From positions 9,949 through 73,948 of the forward strand of contig NZ_JAXMJJ010000012.1 of assembly GCF_034376685.1 (NCBI RefSeq): a DNA stretch of 64,000 nt, given 5' to 3'. The stretch's first letter is position 1. Each line of letters starts with the position of its first letter. The position numbers and the translations under genes were made by a program. Under the pieces are notes generated by a model. It was not told the origin of the DNA, searched no databases, and was given only the letters and a program-made list of their open reading frames with translations. Shown piece after piece: positions 27,858 to 36,902 of this stretch. The stretch comes from Cypionkella sp. GTDB taxonomy: Bacteria > Pseudomonadota > Alphaproteobacteria > Rhodobacterales > Rhodobacteraceae.

Positions 27858-28961
27858 TTACTCGACCTGAACGCCGACGGTTGCATCCCAACCCGCGGTC
27901 ACCGCCTCTTTATGCGCAGCCTGTTCTTCCAAAGTCGGGAACACGGCTTTCTCATAGGCCGCAGCAGGCGGCAGTTTTGCCAGCATTTCCGCCGGGATCA
28001 CGTCGCGCTTGGCGAGGTCATTGAAGCGGATCGGGTGGCAATAACCGTTCAGCCAGCCAAGTTGGCCTTCATCCGAATAAAGGTATTCCATCCACAGTTT
28101 CGCGGCATTCGGGTGCGGCGCGTAAGCCGAAATCGCCTGCACATAAACCCCTGCCACGGTGCCGGAAGCAGGCACAATGACTTCGGCTTTCGGGTTACCC
28201 GCCAGCGTGTCGCGCCAAGCCAAAGCGTTGTAATCCCAAGCCGCAACAATCGGGGTAGCCCCCTGCGCGATAGTGCCGGTTTTGCCCGCGACCGGCACAA
28301 AATTGCCCGCCTTGTTCAGACCCGCGAAGAACTCCAGCCCCTTGGCTGCCGACTCGGCACCCGGTTTGCCGCCCATCGCCATGCCAGCACCCATCACCGA
28401 CATCAGCGGCTGGTTGCCCGAGCGCGGATCGCCCGACAAAGCAAACGCGCCCGCGTATTCCGGCTTCATCAGATCGGCCCAATCGGTGGGCACATTTTCC
28501 ACCATATCGGTGTTCACGATGAACGACATCACACCGTAGTAATCGCCATACCAGAAGCCATCGGCATCCTTGGCGGCATCCGGGATGCTGTCCCAGGTGC
28601 TGACTTTATACGGCTGGATCAGGCCCTCTTCCTTGGCAGCCGGGCCAAACGACAGGCCAATGTCCAGAACGTCCGGTGCTTGCGGGCCGGTGTTGCCCTT
28701 GTTGGCGCGAACGGCTTCCAGCTCATCCGCAGACGAGCCATCCGGGTTCAATTCGTTAACAGCAATCTCGGGGTATTTCTTCTTGAAGCCCTCGATCACG
28801 GCACCATAGCCGCACCAGTCATGCGGCAGCGCGATGGTGGTCAGGTTGCCTTCAGCCTTCGCAGCTGCGGTGATTTCCTCAAGGCTTTGCGCCGAGGCAG
28901 CACTCGCCACCAGCATCGCCAGCAGGCTGACGCCCGAGGTCAGGGTTTTGAAAACGGTCAT
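27858..28961 (-). CDS. ABC substrate-binding protein (SBP_bac_6/8, PotD/AfuA-like fold)
   Basis: Signal peptide; ALPHDWCGYG, GSSADEL, PDVLDIG, WYGDYYG, AISAYAPHPNAAKLW. Confidence 0.88.
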   Translation of the reverse strand: MTVFKTLTSGVSLLAMLVASAASAQSLEEITAAAKAEGNLTTIALPHDWCGYGAVIEGFKKKYPEIAVNELNPDGSSADELEAVRANKGNTGPQAPDVLDIGLSFGPAAKEEGLIQPYKVSTWDSIPDAAKDADGFWYGDYYGVMSFIVNTDMVENVPTDWADLMKPEYAGAFALSGDPRSGNQPLMSVMGAGMAMGGKPGAESAAKGLEFFAGLNKAGNFVPVAGKTGTIAQGATPIVAAWDYNALAWRDTLAGNPKAEVIVPASGTVAGVYVQAISAYAPHPNAAKLWMEYLYSDEGQLGWLNGYCHPIRFNDLAKRDVIPAEMLAKLPPAAAYEKAVFPTLEEQAAHKEAVTAGWDATVGVQVE

Positions 28962-29032
28962 GGAAGTCTCCTGTTAAGCCAGCCCGCCGGGCTTTGCCGG
29001 GCAGCTGATGAGCGGTGGCTTAGGCGGCCCCC

Positions 29033-29137
29033 ATGACGCTTGGGTAACGCAATCATGAAGTTTCTGTGTCAGATCAGTTAGTTGCGCCGCGCGGGTTTTG
29101 TTACCCAAGCGTTACCTCTGTGACAACCAACCGTCAC
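29033..29137. promoter_or_regulatory. Divergent promoter with putative Pho boxes on both strands
   Basis: Minus strand: CTGACAC, ACTTCAT, GCGTTAC, GCGTCAT at exact 11-bp period (29072 to 29033). Plus strand: TTGTTAC (29098), GCGTTAC (29109), CCGTCAC (29131) in 11-bp phase. Also a perfect 13-bp inverted repeat, 29036-29048 and 29100-29112. Confidence 0.55.
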
Positions 29138-29178
29138 GAATCCCGCGTATCAGCCGCCCTAACCAAAAGGGGGCCGCG

Positions 29179-29991
29179 ATGCTGAAGGTCGAAAACGTCA
29201 CACGCCTGTTCGGGCAGAAAGCCGCCGTGGACAGCGTCAGCTTCCAGATCGACCGTTCGGCCTTTGTCGGTGTGATCGGGCGTTCCGGGGCGGGCAAGTC
29301 CACCTTGCTGCGGATGATGAACCGTCTGACCGATGCCACGTCTGGCGAAATCAGCTTTGAAGGCCGCAATGTGTTAACCCTGCACGGCGCGGAAAAGCGC
29401 AGCTGGCAGGGCCAATGCGCGATGATTTTCCAGCAGTTCAATCTGGTGCCCCGGATGGATGTGGCCTCCAACGTGCTGCACGGGCTGTTGAACCACCGCT
29501 CCACTTTTGCGACGATGTTCAACCTGTGGTCCGACGCCGACATCACCCGCGCGATGCAGATCCTCGACCGACTTGGCATTGCCGAACAAGCCCCCAAACG
29601 CGCCGAAGCCCTGTCGGGTGGCCAGCAACAGCGCGTCGCCATCGCCCGCGCGCTGATGCAAGACCCCAAGGTCATCCTCGCCGATGAACCCATCGCCAGC
29701 CTTGATCCGATGAACGCGCAAGTGGTGATGGACGCCCTGCGCCGCATCCACGAGGAAGACGGCCGCATGGTGATCGCCAACCTGCACACCCTCGACACCG
29801 CGCGGCGCTACTGCGACCGGGTGATCGGCATGCGCGATGGCCGCGTGGTGTTCGACGGCACCCCCGATCAGCTGACCACAGGTGTGGCCCGCGACATCTA
29901 CGGCGCCGACGCCAGCTTCAACGAATCCGCCACATCCACCGCGATCACCGGCCCGAAAGACGCCGCCTACGCCGATGCGATGCTGGCCTGA
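29179..29991 (+). CDS. phnC: Phosphonate ABC ATP-binding protein
   Basis: [51 protein letters not shown]. Confidence 0.95.
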   Translation: MLKVENVTRLFGQKAAVDSVSFQIDRSAFVGVIGRSGAGKSTLLRMMNRLTDATSGEISFEGRNVLTLHGAEKRSWQGQCAMIFQQFNLVPRMDVASNVLHGLLNHRSTFATMFNLWSDADITRAMQILDRLGIAEQAPKRAEALSGGQQQRVAIARALMQDPKVILADEPIASLDPMNAQVVMDALRRIHEEDGRMVIANLHTLDTARRYCDRVIGMRDGRVVFDGTPDQLTTGVARDIYGADASFNESATSTAITGPKDAAYADAMLA

Positions 29992-30040
29992 CCCCACCAA
30001 AGTTTACCAAGGCCCAACCGGGCCATAACCGGAGACGACC

Positions 30041-30931
30041 ATGAAAACGCTTCTCGCCATTCTGGCAGCCACCACCTGCATCAGCGCAGCCCACGCGCAA
30101 GAGATCAAAGAATTCAACATCGGCATTCTGGGCGGCGAGAACGCCCAAGACCGCATGACCTCGAACGAATGCTACCGCGCCGCGATTGAAAAAGAGCTAG
30201 GCGTTCCGGTCAAAGTCTTCACCCCTGCCGACTATGATGGCGTGATCCAAGGCCTGCTCGGCGGCACCATCGACATGGCATGGCTGGGCGCTTCGGCCTA
30301 TGCCAAGATCTACCTGACCGACCCGAACGCGGTCACGGTTGAGCTGACCAAGCAAAACCTTGACGACTCGACCGGCTACTATTCCATCGCCTTCGCCCGT
30401 GCAGACTCGGGCATCAAGACGGTCGAAGACGCCAAGGGCAAGAAGTTCGCCTTTGGTGAGCCGAACTCGACATCGGGCTACCTCGTGCCTGCGGCAGAGA
30501 TGATCGCCACCTACGGCCCGCTGGATAAATTCTTCAGCGAAGTGAAATTCTCGGGCGGCCACGAGCAAACCATCGTCGGCGTCGCCAACGGCGATTTCGA
30601 CGCAGGCGTGTCCTGGGCTGATGGCATCGGCAACTGGGAAGACGGCTATTCCTCGGGCGCGTTCCGCAAATCCGCCGATGCGGGCTTGGTTGACATGAAC
30701 AACCTGGTGGAAATCTGGCGCTCCAAGCTGATCCCCGAAGGCCCGATGGTGGTGCGCGCCGCCCTTCCCGATGATGTGAAAGCCAAAGTCACCAAACTGA
30801 CCGCTGACCTCTGGGAAGTCGACGCGAAATGCGCTTATGGCGTGGCCGCTGGCGACGCGAAAGACTTCGTCCCCGCCACCCACGACATGTATCTCGGCAT
30901 TGTCGACGCCCGCAAACTTTCTGGCGAGTAA
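30041..30931 (+). CDS. phnD: Phosphonate ABC substrate-binding protein
   Basis: DYDGVIQG, GYYS, EPNSTSGYLVP, SGGHEQ. Confidence 0.93.
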   Translation: MKTLLAILAATTCISAAHAQEIKEFNIGILGGENAQDRMTSNECYRAAIEKELGVPVKVFTPADYDGVIQGLLGGTIDMAWLGASAYAKIYLTDPNAVTVELTKQNLDDSTGYYSIAFARADSGIKTVEDAKGKKFAFGEPNSTSGYLVPAAEMIATYGPLDKFFSEVKFSGGHEQTIVGVANGDFDAGVSWADGIGNWEDGYSSGAFRKSADAGLVDMNNLVEIWRSKLIPEGPMVVRAALPDDVKAKVTKLTADLWEVDAKCAYGVAAGDAKDFVPATHDMYLGIVDARKLSGE

Positions 30932-30944
30932 TTTCAGCACCGAT

Positions 30945-30975
30945 ACCGGGCTTGCGCAAGCAGGCCCGGTTTTTC
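30945..30975 (+). terminator. Hairpin with GCAA loop and U-tract after phnD
   Basis: ACCGGGCTTGC-GCAA-GCAGGCCCGGT-TTTT. Confidence 0.75.
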
Positions 30976-30988
30976 CTTTGGAGGCCAC

Positions 30989-31870
30989 ATGGTTGACATC
31001 ACTTTTGGCCCCCCCAAAGGCCCTAGACCCGATCTGAACAACCCGACCGAAGCCTATATCCATCAGGCCCGCCGCAAGCGGCTTTACGGGTTCATCCTGC
31101 TGATGCTGTTCGTGGCGCTGATGGCCTCCGGCTTTCAGGTCGCCCAAGAGCGCAACGCCGGTGACTTTCTGGCAGGCCTGCACCAACTGCCCGCCTTCCC
31201 CGCCGAAGTGCTGTCCGAGGCCTGGACAAACCGCGCCAACCTGCCCGCCCTGCTCTGGCAATACCTGCCCTCACTGATTGAGACCATCAACATCGCCGCC
31301 GCCGCCACCCTGCTGGGCGGCGCATTCGGGGCCTTCCTCGCCCTCGGCTCCACCCGCCACCTGGCGCGCTTCCCCATCCTGACGCCACTGTTCCGTCGCT
31401 CTGCCGACATCATGCGCGCCATCCCCGAGATCGTCATCGCCCTCGTGCTGATCTTCGTGCTGGGCGGAGGACCGGTGCCCGCCGTGCTCGCCATCGCGTT
31501 TCACACCGCCGGGGCCTTGGGCAAGCTGTTCTCGGAATCCGCCGAGAACGCCGATCTGAAACCCGTCGAAGGCCTCGCCTCGACCGGAGCCTCCTGGGGC
31601 CAGCAGATCTGGCTCGGCATCATCCCGCAAGTAGCACCCAACTGGCTGTCCTATGCCCTGCTCAGGTTTGAGATCAACGTCCGCGCCAGCGCCATCCTTG
31701 GCTTCGTAGGCTCCGGCGGCATCGGCTATGATCTGAAACTGGCAATGCAATGGGGCGGTGGCAAATATGATCAGGTGGTGGCGATCTTCGCGCTCTTGTT
31801 CTGCGCCATCGTGCTGTTTGACCAACTCTCGGGCTATGCCCGCAACCGCTTGGTAAAGGGCAACCAATGA
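30989..31870 (+). CDS. phnE: Phosphonate ABC permease
   Basis: MRAIPEIV, HTAGALGKLFSE, RFEINVRASAILGFVGSGGIG. Confidence 0.95.
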   Translation: MVDITFGPPKGPRPDLNNPTEAYIHQARRKRLYGFILLMLFVALMASGFQVAQERNAGDFLAGLHQLPAFPAEVLSEAWTNRANLPALLWQYLPSLIETINIAAAATLLGGAFGAFLALGSTRHLARFPILTPLFRRSADIMRAIPEIVIALVLIFVLGGGPVPAVLAIAFHTAGALGKLFSESAENADLKPVEGLASTGASWGQQIWLGIIPQVAPNWLSYALLRFEINVRASAILGFVGSGGIGYDLKLAMQWGGGKYDQVVAIFALLFCAIVLFDQLSGYARNRLVKGNQ

Positions 31871-33186
31871 CCTCTGTTCCCTATGGCAGCGCGCCCTATA
31901 CCACCGTGCAGCGCCAATTCAAAACCCGCCGCCGGGCAGCCTTTGCAATCCCGGTGCTGCTGCTGATCTACCTCAGCTATCTGTTCGTCAGCTTTGACAT
32001 CCCCGGCCTTGCCGCCCGTGCCCGGCTGGACAATGCCAAGATCCTGCTCACCGATTTTGTCGCCTACAAGACCCATGTCACCCGCGACAACCGCGACAAC
32101 ACGCTGCGGGTGTCGATCGAGGGCGAGGCGAAATCAACCTTTGCCCCCAGCCAATACCCGGATTGGGTGAAGACCAGCGGCGATGTCACCACGATTGATC
32201 TCGGCAAAGGCAACATCGTCACCTATGACGCCATGGGCGCGCGCTACGTTGTGCCGGGTTATGGCGTGATCGACATTCAGCCCGAAGACGGCAAGCTGAA
32301 ACTGACAGCACCACAGCCGATCCCGGACTGGATCAACGTCAGCGACACCCGCATCTCGGTCACCACCCCGCAAGGCCGCTTTGCCTATTCACGCTCGAAG
32401 GTGGAAACCTTCAAATATCAGGCCGGCTGGGCACAGTTCTTCTTCACCCTCGACAGCCCGTTCTACGGCAAAAGCTATGGTCAGCTGACCGCAATGCTGA
32501 CCGGCCCCCGCATCGACCCGGCGCGCAGCAACCTCGGATATATGGTCTCCGAGTTCTGGAACAACAAACAATGGCACCACGGCGATGTGGCATGGGCCCT
32601 GTTTGAAACCGTGCTGATGGCGTTCCTTGGCACGATGGGCGCGGCGCTGATCGCCCTGCCCTTGGCCTTTCTTGCCGCCTCCAACTTCACCGCCCTGCGT
32701 TCTGTCCGCTTTGCCTTCCGCCGCCTGTTTGATTTCGTGCGCGGCGTCGATGGCCTGATCTGGACGATCATCCTGTCGCGCGCCTTCGGCCCCGGCCCGA
32801 TGACCGGCGCGCTGGCAATCCTGCTCACCGACAGCGGCACCTTCGGCAAAACCTTCTCGGAAGCCTTGGAAAACATCGACGAAAAACAAGTCGAAGGCAT
32901 CCGCTCCACCGGCGCAGGCCCATTGCAACGCGCCCGCTTCGGCGTGCTGCCGCAAATCGCGCCGATCCTGCTCAGTCAGGTGCTGTATTACCTCGAATCC
33001 AACACCCGCTCTGCCACCGTAATCGGTGCCATCGTCGGCGGCGGCATTGGCCTTCTGCTCACCCAAGCCATCATCACCCAGAAGGATTGGGAGGATGTCG
33101 GCTACTACATGATCCTGATCGTGCTGATGGTGATGGCAATGGACAGCCTGTCCGGCTGGCTGCGCCGCAAGCTGATTGGGCGGTAA
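31867..33186 (+). CDS. phnE: Phosphonate ABC permease (second, with extended periplasmic domain)
   Basis: RGVDGLIW, GTFGKTFSEALE, ESNTRSATVIGAIVGGGIG. Confidence 0.93.
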   Translation: MTSVPYGSAPYTTVQRQFKTRRRAAFAIPVLLLIYLSYLFVSFDIPGLAARARLDNAKILLTDFVAYKTHVTRDNRDNTLRVSIEGEAKSTFAPSQYPDWVKTSGDVTTIDLGKGNIVTYDAMGARYVVPGYGVIDIQPEDGKLKLTAPQPIPDWINVSDTRISVTTPQGRFAYSRSKVETFKYQAGWAQFFFTLDSPFYGKSYGQLTAMLTGPRIDPARSNLGYMVSEFWNNKQWHHGDVAWALFETVLMAFLGTMGAALIALPLAFLAASNFTALRSVRFAFRRLFDFVRGVDGLIWTIILSRAFGPGPMTGALAILLTDSGTFGKTFSEALENIDEKQVEGIRSTGAGPLQRARFGVLPQIAPILLSQVLYYLESNTRSATVIGAIVGGGIGLLLTQAIITQKDWEDVGYYMILIVLMVMAMDSLSGWLRRKLIGR

Positions 33187-33247
33187 GCCGAAAACTGCGC
33201 CAAATCGAGTTGCTCTTTTCAAAATACTCCCGCCGGAGGCTCCTAAC

Positions 33248-33473
33248 CTTAACCCAAGTGCCGCCCTCGGGGGCATCGAGCCCCCTCCTGCGGCGGCTGC
33301 CGCACGCAAGCCCGCAGCGGTCGCTTCACCGCATCCCCGGCAGCGCCGTCCAAAGCGGCTCGATGCCGCTGCGGACGGCAGCTGTGTTGCGGTCAAACTG
33401 TTAACAAGCCGTAAACGACACCTCCCTAACCTCTTGAAATATAACAATCGCAGCCCCTGTCCACACGCGGACA
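33248..33473 (+). repeat. Composite intergenic element copy A (inverted hairpin doublet + IHF-type site + terminal hairpin)
   Basis: Colinear with 34104-34343; shares an identical 23-mer ATCCCCGGCAGCGCCGTCCAAAG (33333-33355 and 34186-34208). Confidence 0.85.
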
Positions 33474-33484
33474 AGAAAGCCCAC

Positions 33485-34102
33485 ATGACCAAACTCTCCG
33501 CCGACACTCCGCTGATCCACCCCGATTGCCAGATCAAGAACGCCAGTTTCGGAGCCTTCTGCGAAGTCGGCCGCTTCAGCCGCATCCTGAACACGACCTT
33601 CGAGGACTATGCCTACTGCGACCAATTCTCCGACATCACCAACACCACAGTCGGCAAATTCGCCAACATCGCCGCGATGACCCGCATCGGCCCTACCGAC
33701 CACCCGATGCAAAACGCCAGCCTGCACCACTTCCTCTACCGCAGCAGCGCCTACTGGGACGATACAACAGATGACGACGCCTTCTTCACCGCCCGCCACG
33801 CCCGCCGCACCACCATCGGCCCCGACACTTGGATCGGCCACGGCGCGATCATCAAACCCGACGTCAGCATCGGCACCGGTGCCGTGATCGCTAGCGGCGC
33901 GGTGGTGACCAAAGACGTCGCCCCCTACATGATCATGGCCGGCCTCCCCGCCACGCCGCTGCGCGCCCGCTTCCCCACCCAGATCGCCGACCGCCTGCAA
34001 GCCCTCGCCTGGTGGGACTGGAGCCACGAAGTGCTGCGCACCGCCCTGCCCGATTTCCGCAGCCTGCCCGTCGAAGCGTTCTTGGAAAAATATCACGGCT
34101 GA
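33485..34102 (+). CDS. Hexapeptide-repeat (LbH) acetyltransferase, phn-cluster associated
   Basis: IGPDTWIGHGAIIKPDVSIGTGAVIASGAVVTKDVAPY, LAWWDW. Start MTKLS at 33485. Confidence 0.9.
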   Translation: MTKLSADTPLIHPDCQIKNASFGAFCEVGRFSRILNTTFEDYAYCDQFSDITNTTVGKFANIAAMTRIGPTDHPMQNASLHHFLYRSSAYWDDTTDDDAFFTARHARRTTIGPDTWIGHGAIIKPDVSIGTGAVIASGAVVTKDVAPYMIMAGLPATPLRARFPTQIADRLQALAWWDWSHEVLRTALPDFRSLPVEAFLEKYHG

Positions 34103-34103
34103 G

Positions 34104-34343
34104 CTTAAACCAAGTGCTGCCCTCGAAGGCATTGAGCCTCCTGCTGCGGCGCTACCGCGCCAGGTTCAAACCGCCCACCCAGCCTATCCCCGGCAGCGCC
34201 GTCCAAAGGGCCTCGATGGCCCTGCGGCCGGCACCTGCTTATCGGTTCGATAGGCAGAAACGCGCGAAAGTATTAAAACTTCGTTAAATCGACACCCCTA
34301 AGCATCTGATATCAAACAAACAAAAAAGGTCCCAAGTTGGGAC
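34104..34343 (+). repeat. Composite intergenic element copy B
   Basis: Same modules as copy A; hairpin AGGGCC-TCGAT-GGCCCT; TAAGCATCTGATA IHF-type site; terminal AGGTCCC-AAGTT-GGGACCT. Confidence 0.85.
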
Positions 34344-34344
34344 C

Positions 34345-35526
34345 TTACTCTGCCGCCAGCCGCAAAGCCTCAGGCTGGCTGACGAACCGTCGCGCCGCCT
34401 CGCCTGCCAGATAACTCAGCCGCCCCGCCGAAATCGTCGCCTCAATGCCGCGAGTCTCGGCGTTCACAATCACCATATCGGCGCGCAACCCCGGCTCCAG
34501 CCGACCGCGATCCAGCAGCCGCATGATCTCCGCCGGGCGTGACGAGACCAAGGCCCAAGCCTGCGCCAACCCCATCACACCGCGGTCCACCAGCCCCCAA
34601 ACCGCCAACGGCAGCGCAGGGATATGATAGTCCGACACCAGCGCATCACACAGCCCATCCGACACCAAAGCCAGCGCCGAGACATTCCCCGCCTGTGACC
34701 GCCCCCGCACCACATTCGGCGCCCCCATGATCACCGGACTCATCATCGCATGCGCCGCGAGAGCCGCGCGGCGGGTCAGCGGAAACTCGGCGATTTTCGC
34801 GCCGATCATCGAATAGAACTCCCGGGTCTCACCATCGGGATCGTCATGGCTGCCATACAGCACCCCCAAGGCATCAAAGGTCTCGGCCAAAGTACACAGG
34901 CTGCGCGGCACTTCCTTGGCGCGGGCGGCGGCGGATTCGATGGCTTCGGCCAGTTCCTCGGCGGTCTTGCCGACCTTGCGTGCCCAAGCGGCAAAATCGG
35001 TAGGGGCGATACGGGCCATGTGCAGGCCTTCGGAGAGGTGATCATTGAACACCACATAGCCGATCCGATGCCGCTTGACGGCAGCGATCAGGCGGGTGGT
35101 TTCAGACACCAGATGCGTCTCGGCGCGGATTTGCAGGCGCAGATCGGTCAGGGATTGCGCGCGGTAGCTGTCGAGGGCAACCATCAGGGCTTCGGCATGA
35201 TCGGGGCCACGGTGGCCGCCTTCCCAACTCCACCCCTGCGCAAGATAGGCGGTGGTGACGCCGTGGGCGGCGGCCTCGCGGTCAAACGAGGCAAGGCCAG
35301 CGGCCAGTGGAAACGGGGCCGAGGGACGCGGGGCCATGTGACGCTCGAAGCCGTCGCCATGCAGGTCGATGATGCCGGGCAGGATCAGGAAACCTGAGAG
35401 ATCGACCTCGGGCAAAGGCCCGCGGGTGATCTTGCCATCCGCCAGCCCGATGGAGCGTTGCTGCATCGCGCCTTCGCGCAAAATATGCGCGCCGGTCAGT
35501 CGCAGGGGGGGCAAGGGCAGCGGCAT
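34345..35526 (-). CDS. phnM: PhnM paralog (RPnTP diphosphatase family), divergent
   Basis: PGIIDLHGD, GSHDD, AEFP, MGAPNVVRGRS, LVSDY. Confidence 0.85.
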   Translation of the reverse strand: MPLPLPPLRLTGAHILREGAMQQRSIGLADGKITRGPLPEVDLSGFLILPGIIDLHGDGFERHMAPRPSAPFPLAAGLASFDREAAAHGVTTAYLAQGWSWEGGHRGPDHAEALMVALDSYRAQSLTDLRLQIRAETHLVSETTRLIAAVKRHRIGYVVFNDHLSEGLHMARIAPTDFAAWARKVGKTAEELAEAIESAAARAKEVPRSLCTLAETFDALGVLYGSHDDPDGETREFYSMIGAKIAEFPLTRRAALAAHAMMSPVIMGAPNVVRGRSQAGNVSALALVSDGLCDALVSDYHIPALPLAVWGLVDRGVMGLAQAWALVSSRPAEIMRLLDRGRLEPGLRADMVIVNAETRGIEATISAGRLSYLAGEAARRFVSQPEALRLAAE

Positions 35527-35590
35527 TTCGGGCTCCGGGAACAGGGCAACTGGGGGTTGTCGGCTGGAATAACAGGGCCACGCAACGGGC

Positions 35591-36340
35591 TTATGACAGT
35601 TTATCCACAGTTTCCCCTGCGTCAGCGCCTTCTGGTGAGACGGTCAAGGTCACGCGATCACCTGCGAACCATGTGGTGCCAAATTCGATGGGCTGGCCTG
35701 CGGCATCGACATTGACAGCGACCGAACGCAGCAGGGGCGCGCCTTGGGTCAGACGAAGATGCAGCGCCAGCAGGGCATCGGCGGCAATCGCGGTGATGCG
35801 GGTTTCCGCGCGGGTATAGTCGGTGAGGCCCGCCTCGGCCAAGGCGGCCGTCACCGAACTGTGACGGGTCATCGCCTCCAACAGGTTGGGGAAGCGGGCG
35901 GCGGGGAAGACAGAGCGGAACATCGCCAAGGGAGTGCCATCGGCGAGGGAGAGGCCGTCGACCACATGCACCAAAGCGCCTGTAGGGAGCTGTAGGGCTG
36001 CGGCTTCGCCGGAGTCAGCCGGGCGGGTTTCTTGGCGGAGCATTTGCCGGGATGGGGTGCGGCCAGACGCCAGAACATTCTGGTGAAACCGCACCCGGCG
36101 GCTGAGGGCGTAATCGGTGGGCGTTGCAGTGACGAAGACGCCCGCGCCACGACGAGCATGCACAGAGCCCGCCTCGGCCAAGACAGTCAGAGCATGGCGG
36201 ACGGTGTGGCGGTTGACGCCGAAACGGGCCGACAGAGCGGCCTCGGTCGGAAGTTTATCACCGGGGCGGTAGTGGCCTGCGGTGATCTCGCCCGTGAGGG
36301 TTTCGGCGATAGATCGCCAGATTGCGGGCTTTGTCACCAA
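35591..36340 (-). CDS. phnF: GntR/HutC-family phosphonate regulator
   Basis: LPTEAALSARFGVNRHTVRHAL wHTH, RRGAGVFV, UTRA domain; divergent from phnG. Confidence 0.95.
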   Translation of the reverse strand: MVTKPAIWRSIAETLTGEITAGHYRPGDKLPTEAALSARFGVNRHTVRHALTVLAEAGSVHARRGAGVFVTATPTDYALSRRVRFHQNVLASGRTPSRQMLRQETRPADSGEAAALQLPTGALVHVVDGLSLADGTPLAMFRSVFPAARFPNLLEAMTRHSSVTAALAEAGLTDYTRAETRITAIAADALLALHLRLTQGAPLLRSVAVNVDAAGQPIEFGTTWFAGDRVTLTVSPEGADAGETVDKLS

Positions 36341-36377
36341 AACTTCACATGCATTTCGCAGGCTCCTCGGCTATGAT

Positions 36378-36405
36378 TTGTCTAGTTGTATAGAAGTGTA
36401 GACAA
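36378..36405. promoter_or_regulatory. Putative PhnF operator
   Basis: TTGTCTAGTTGTATAGAAGTGTAGACAA: TTGTCTA/TAGACAA inverted repeat with GT.TA HutC-type cores, between phnF and phnG. Confidence 0.7.
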
Positions 36406-36428
36406 CTTTGCAAGATGTCGGGAAGAAG

Positions 36429-36902
36429 ATGACGCACACACCGCTTGAAGCTGCCCCCCACTGCGCTGAGGCTTTCGCGACACGCAAAGCCTGGATGGGC
36501 CTGCTGGCCCGCGCCAAGCCCACGCGGCTGGCCGATTTGTTCCCCGAGATCCCGGCGCATGACCTGCTGCGCGCGCCGGAGATAGGTGCTGTGATGGTGC
36601 GGGGCCGGATTGGCGGCACCGGGCAACCGTTCAATTTGGGCGAGATGACGGTGACGCGCTGTGCTTTGCGGTTGGGGTCCGGTGCAGTCGGCCATGCCCA
36701 TGTGCAGGGCCGCGACAAGGGCCATGCTTTGCGCGCGGCGGTGGTCGATGCGTTGATGCAGACCGATCAGGCCGAGGTTATGCGCGCGGCTGTGCTGGCA
36801 CCGTTGCAGGCCGAGGAGGTTGCGCGGCGGGCCAGTCGCGCGGCCAAGGCTGCCGCCACAAAGGTGGAGTTTTTCACTTTAGTGCGGGGGGAAGACCAAT
36901 GA
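36429..36902 (+). CDS. phnG: C-P lyase subunit PhnG
   Basis: PEIGAVMVRGRIGGTGQPFNLGEMTVTRC, KAAATKVEFFTLVRGE. Confidence 0.96.
   Translation: MTHTPLEAAPHCAEAFATRKAWMGLLARAKPTRLADLFPEIPAHDLLRAPEIGAVMVRGRIGGTGQPFNLGEMTVTRCALRLGSGAVGHAHVQGRDKGHALRAAVVDALMQTDQAEVMRAAVLAPLQAEEVARRASRAAKAAATKVEFFTLVRGEDQ

Noticed and set aside
33176-33484. 103-aa N-terminal extension of the acetyltransferase
   Set aside because: It reads through the non-coding repeat element; homology and a plausible start begin at ATG 33485.
33485-34102. Chloramphenicol resistance gene (catB-like)
   Set aside because: It shares only the LbH fold; its fixed position in the phn cluster argues for a metabolic role.
33248-34343. 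Composite transposon or CRISPR around the acetyltransferase
   Set aside because: The repeats are diverged direct copies with no transposase, no target-site duplication seen and no spacer series.
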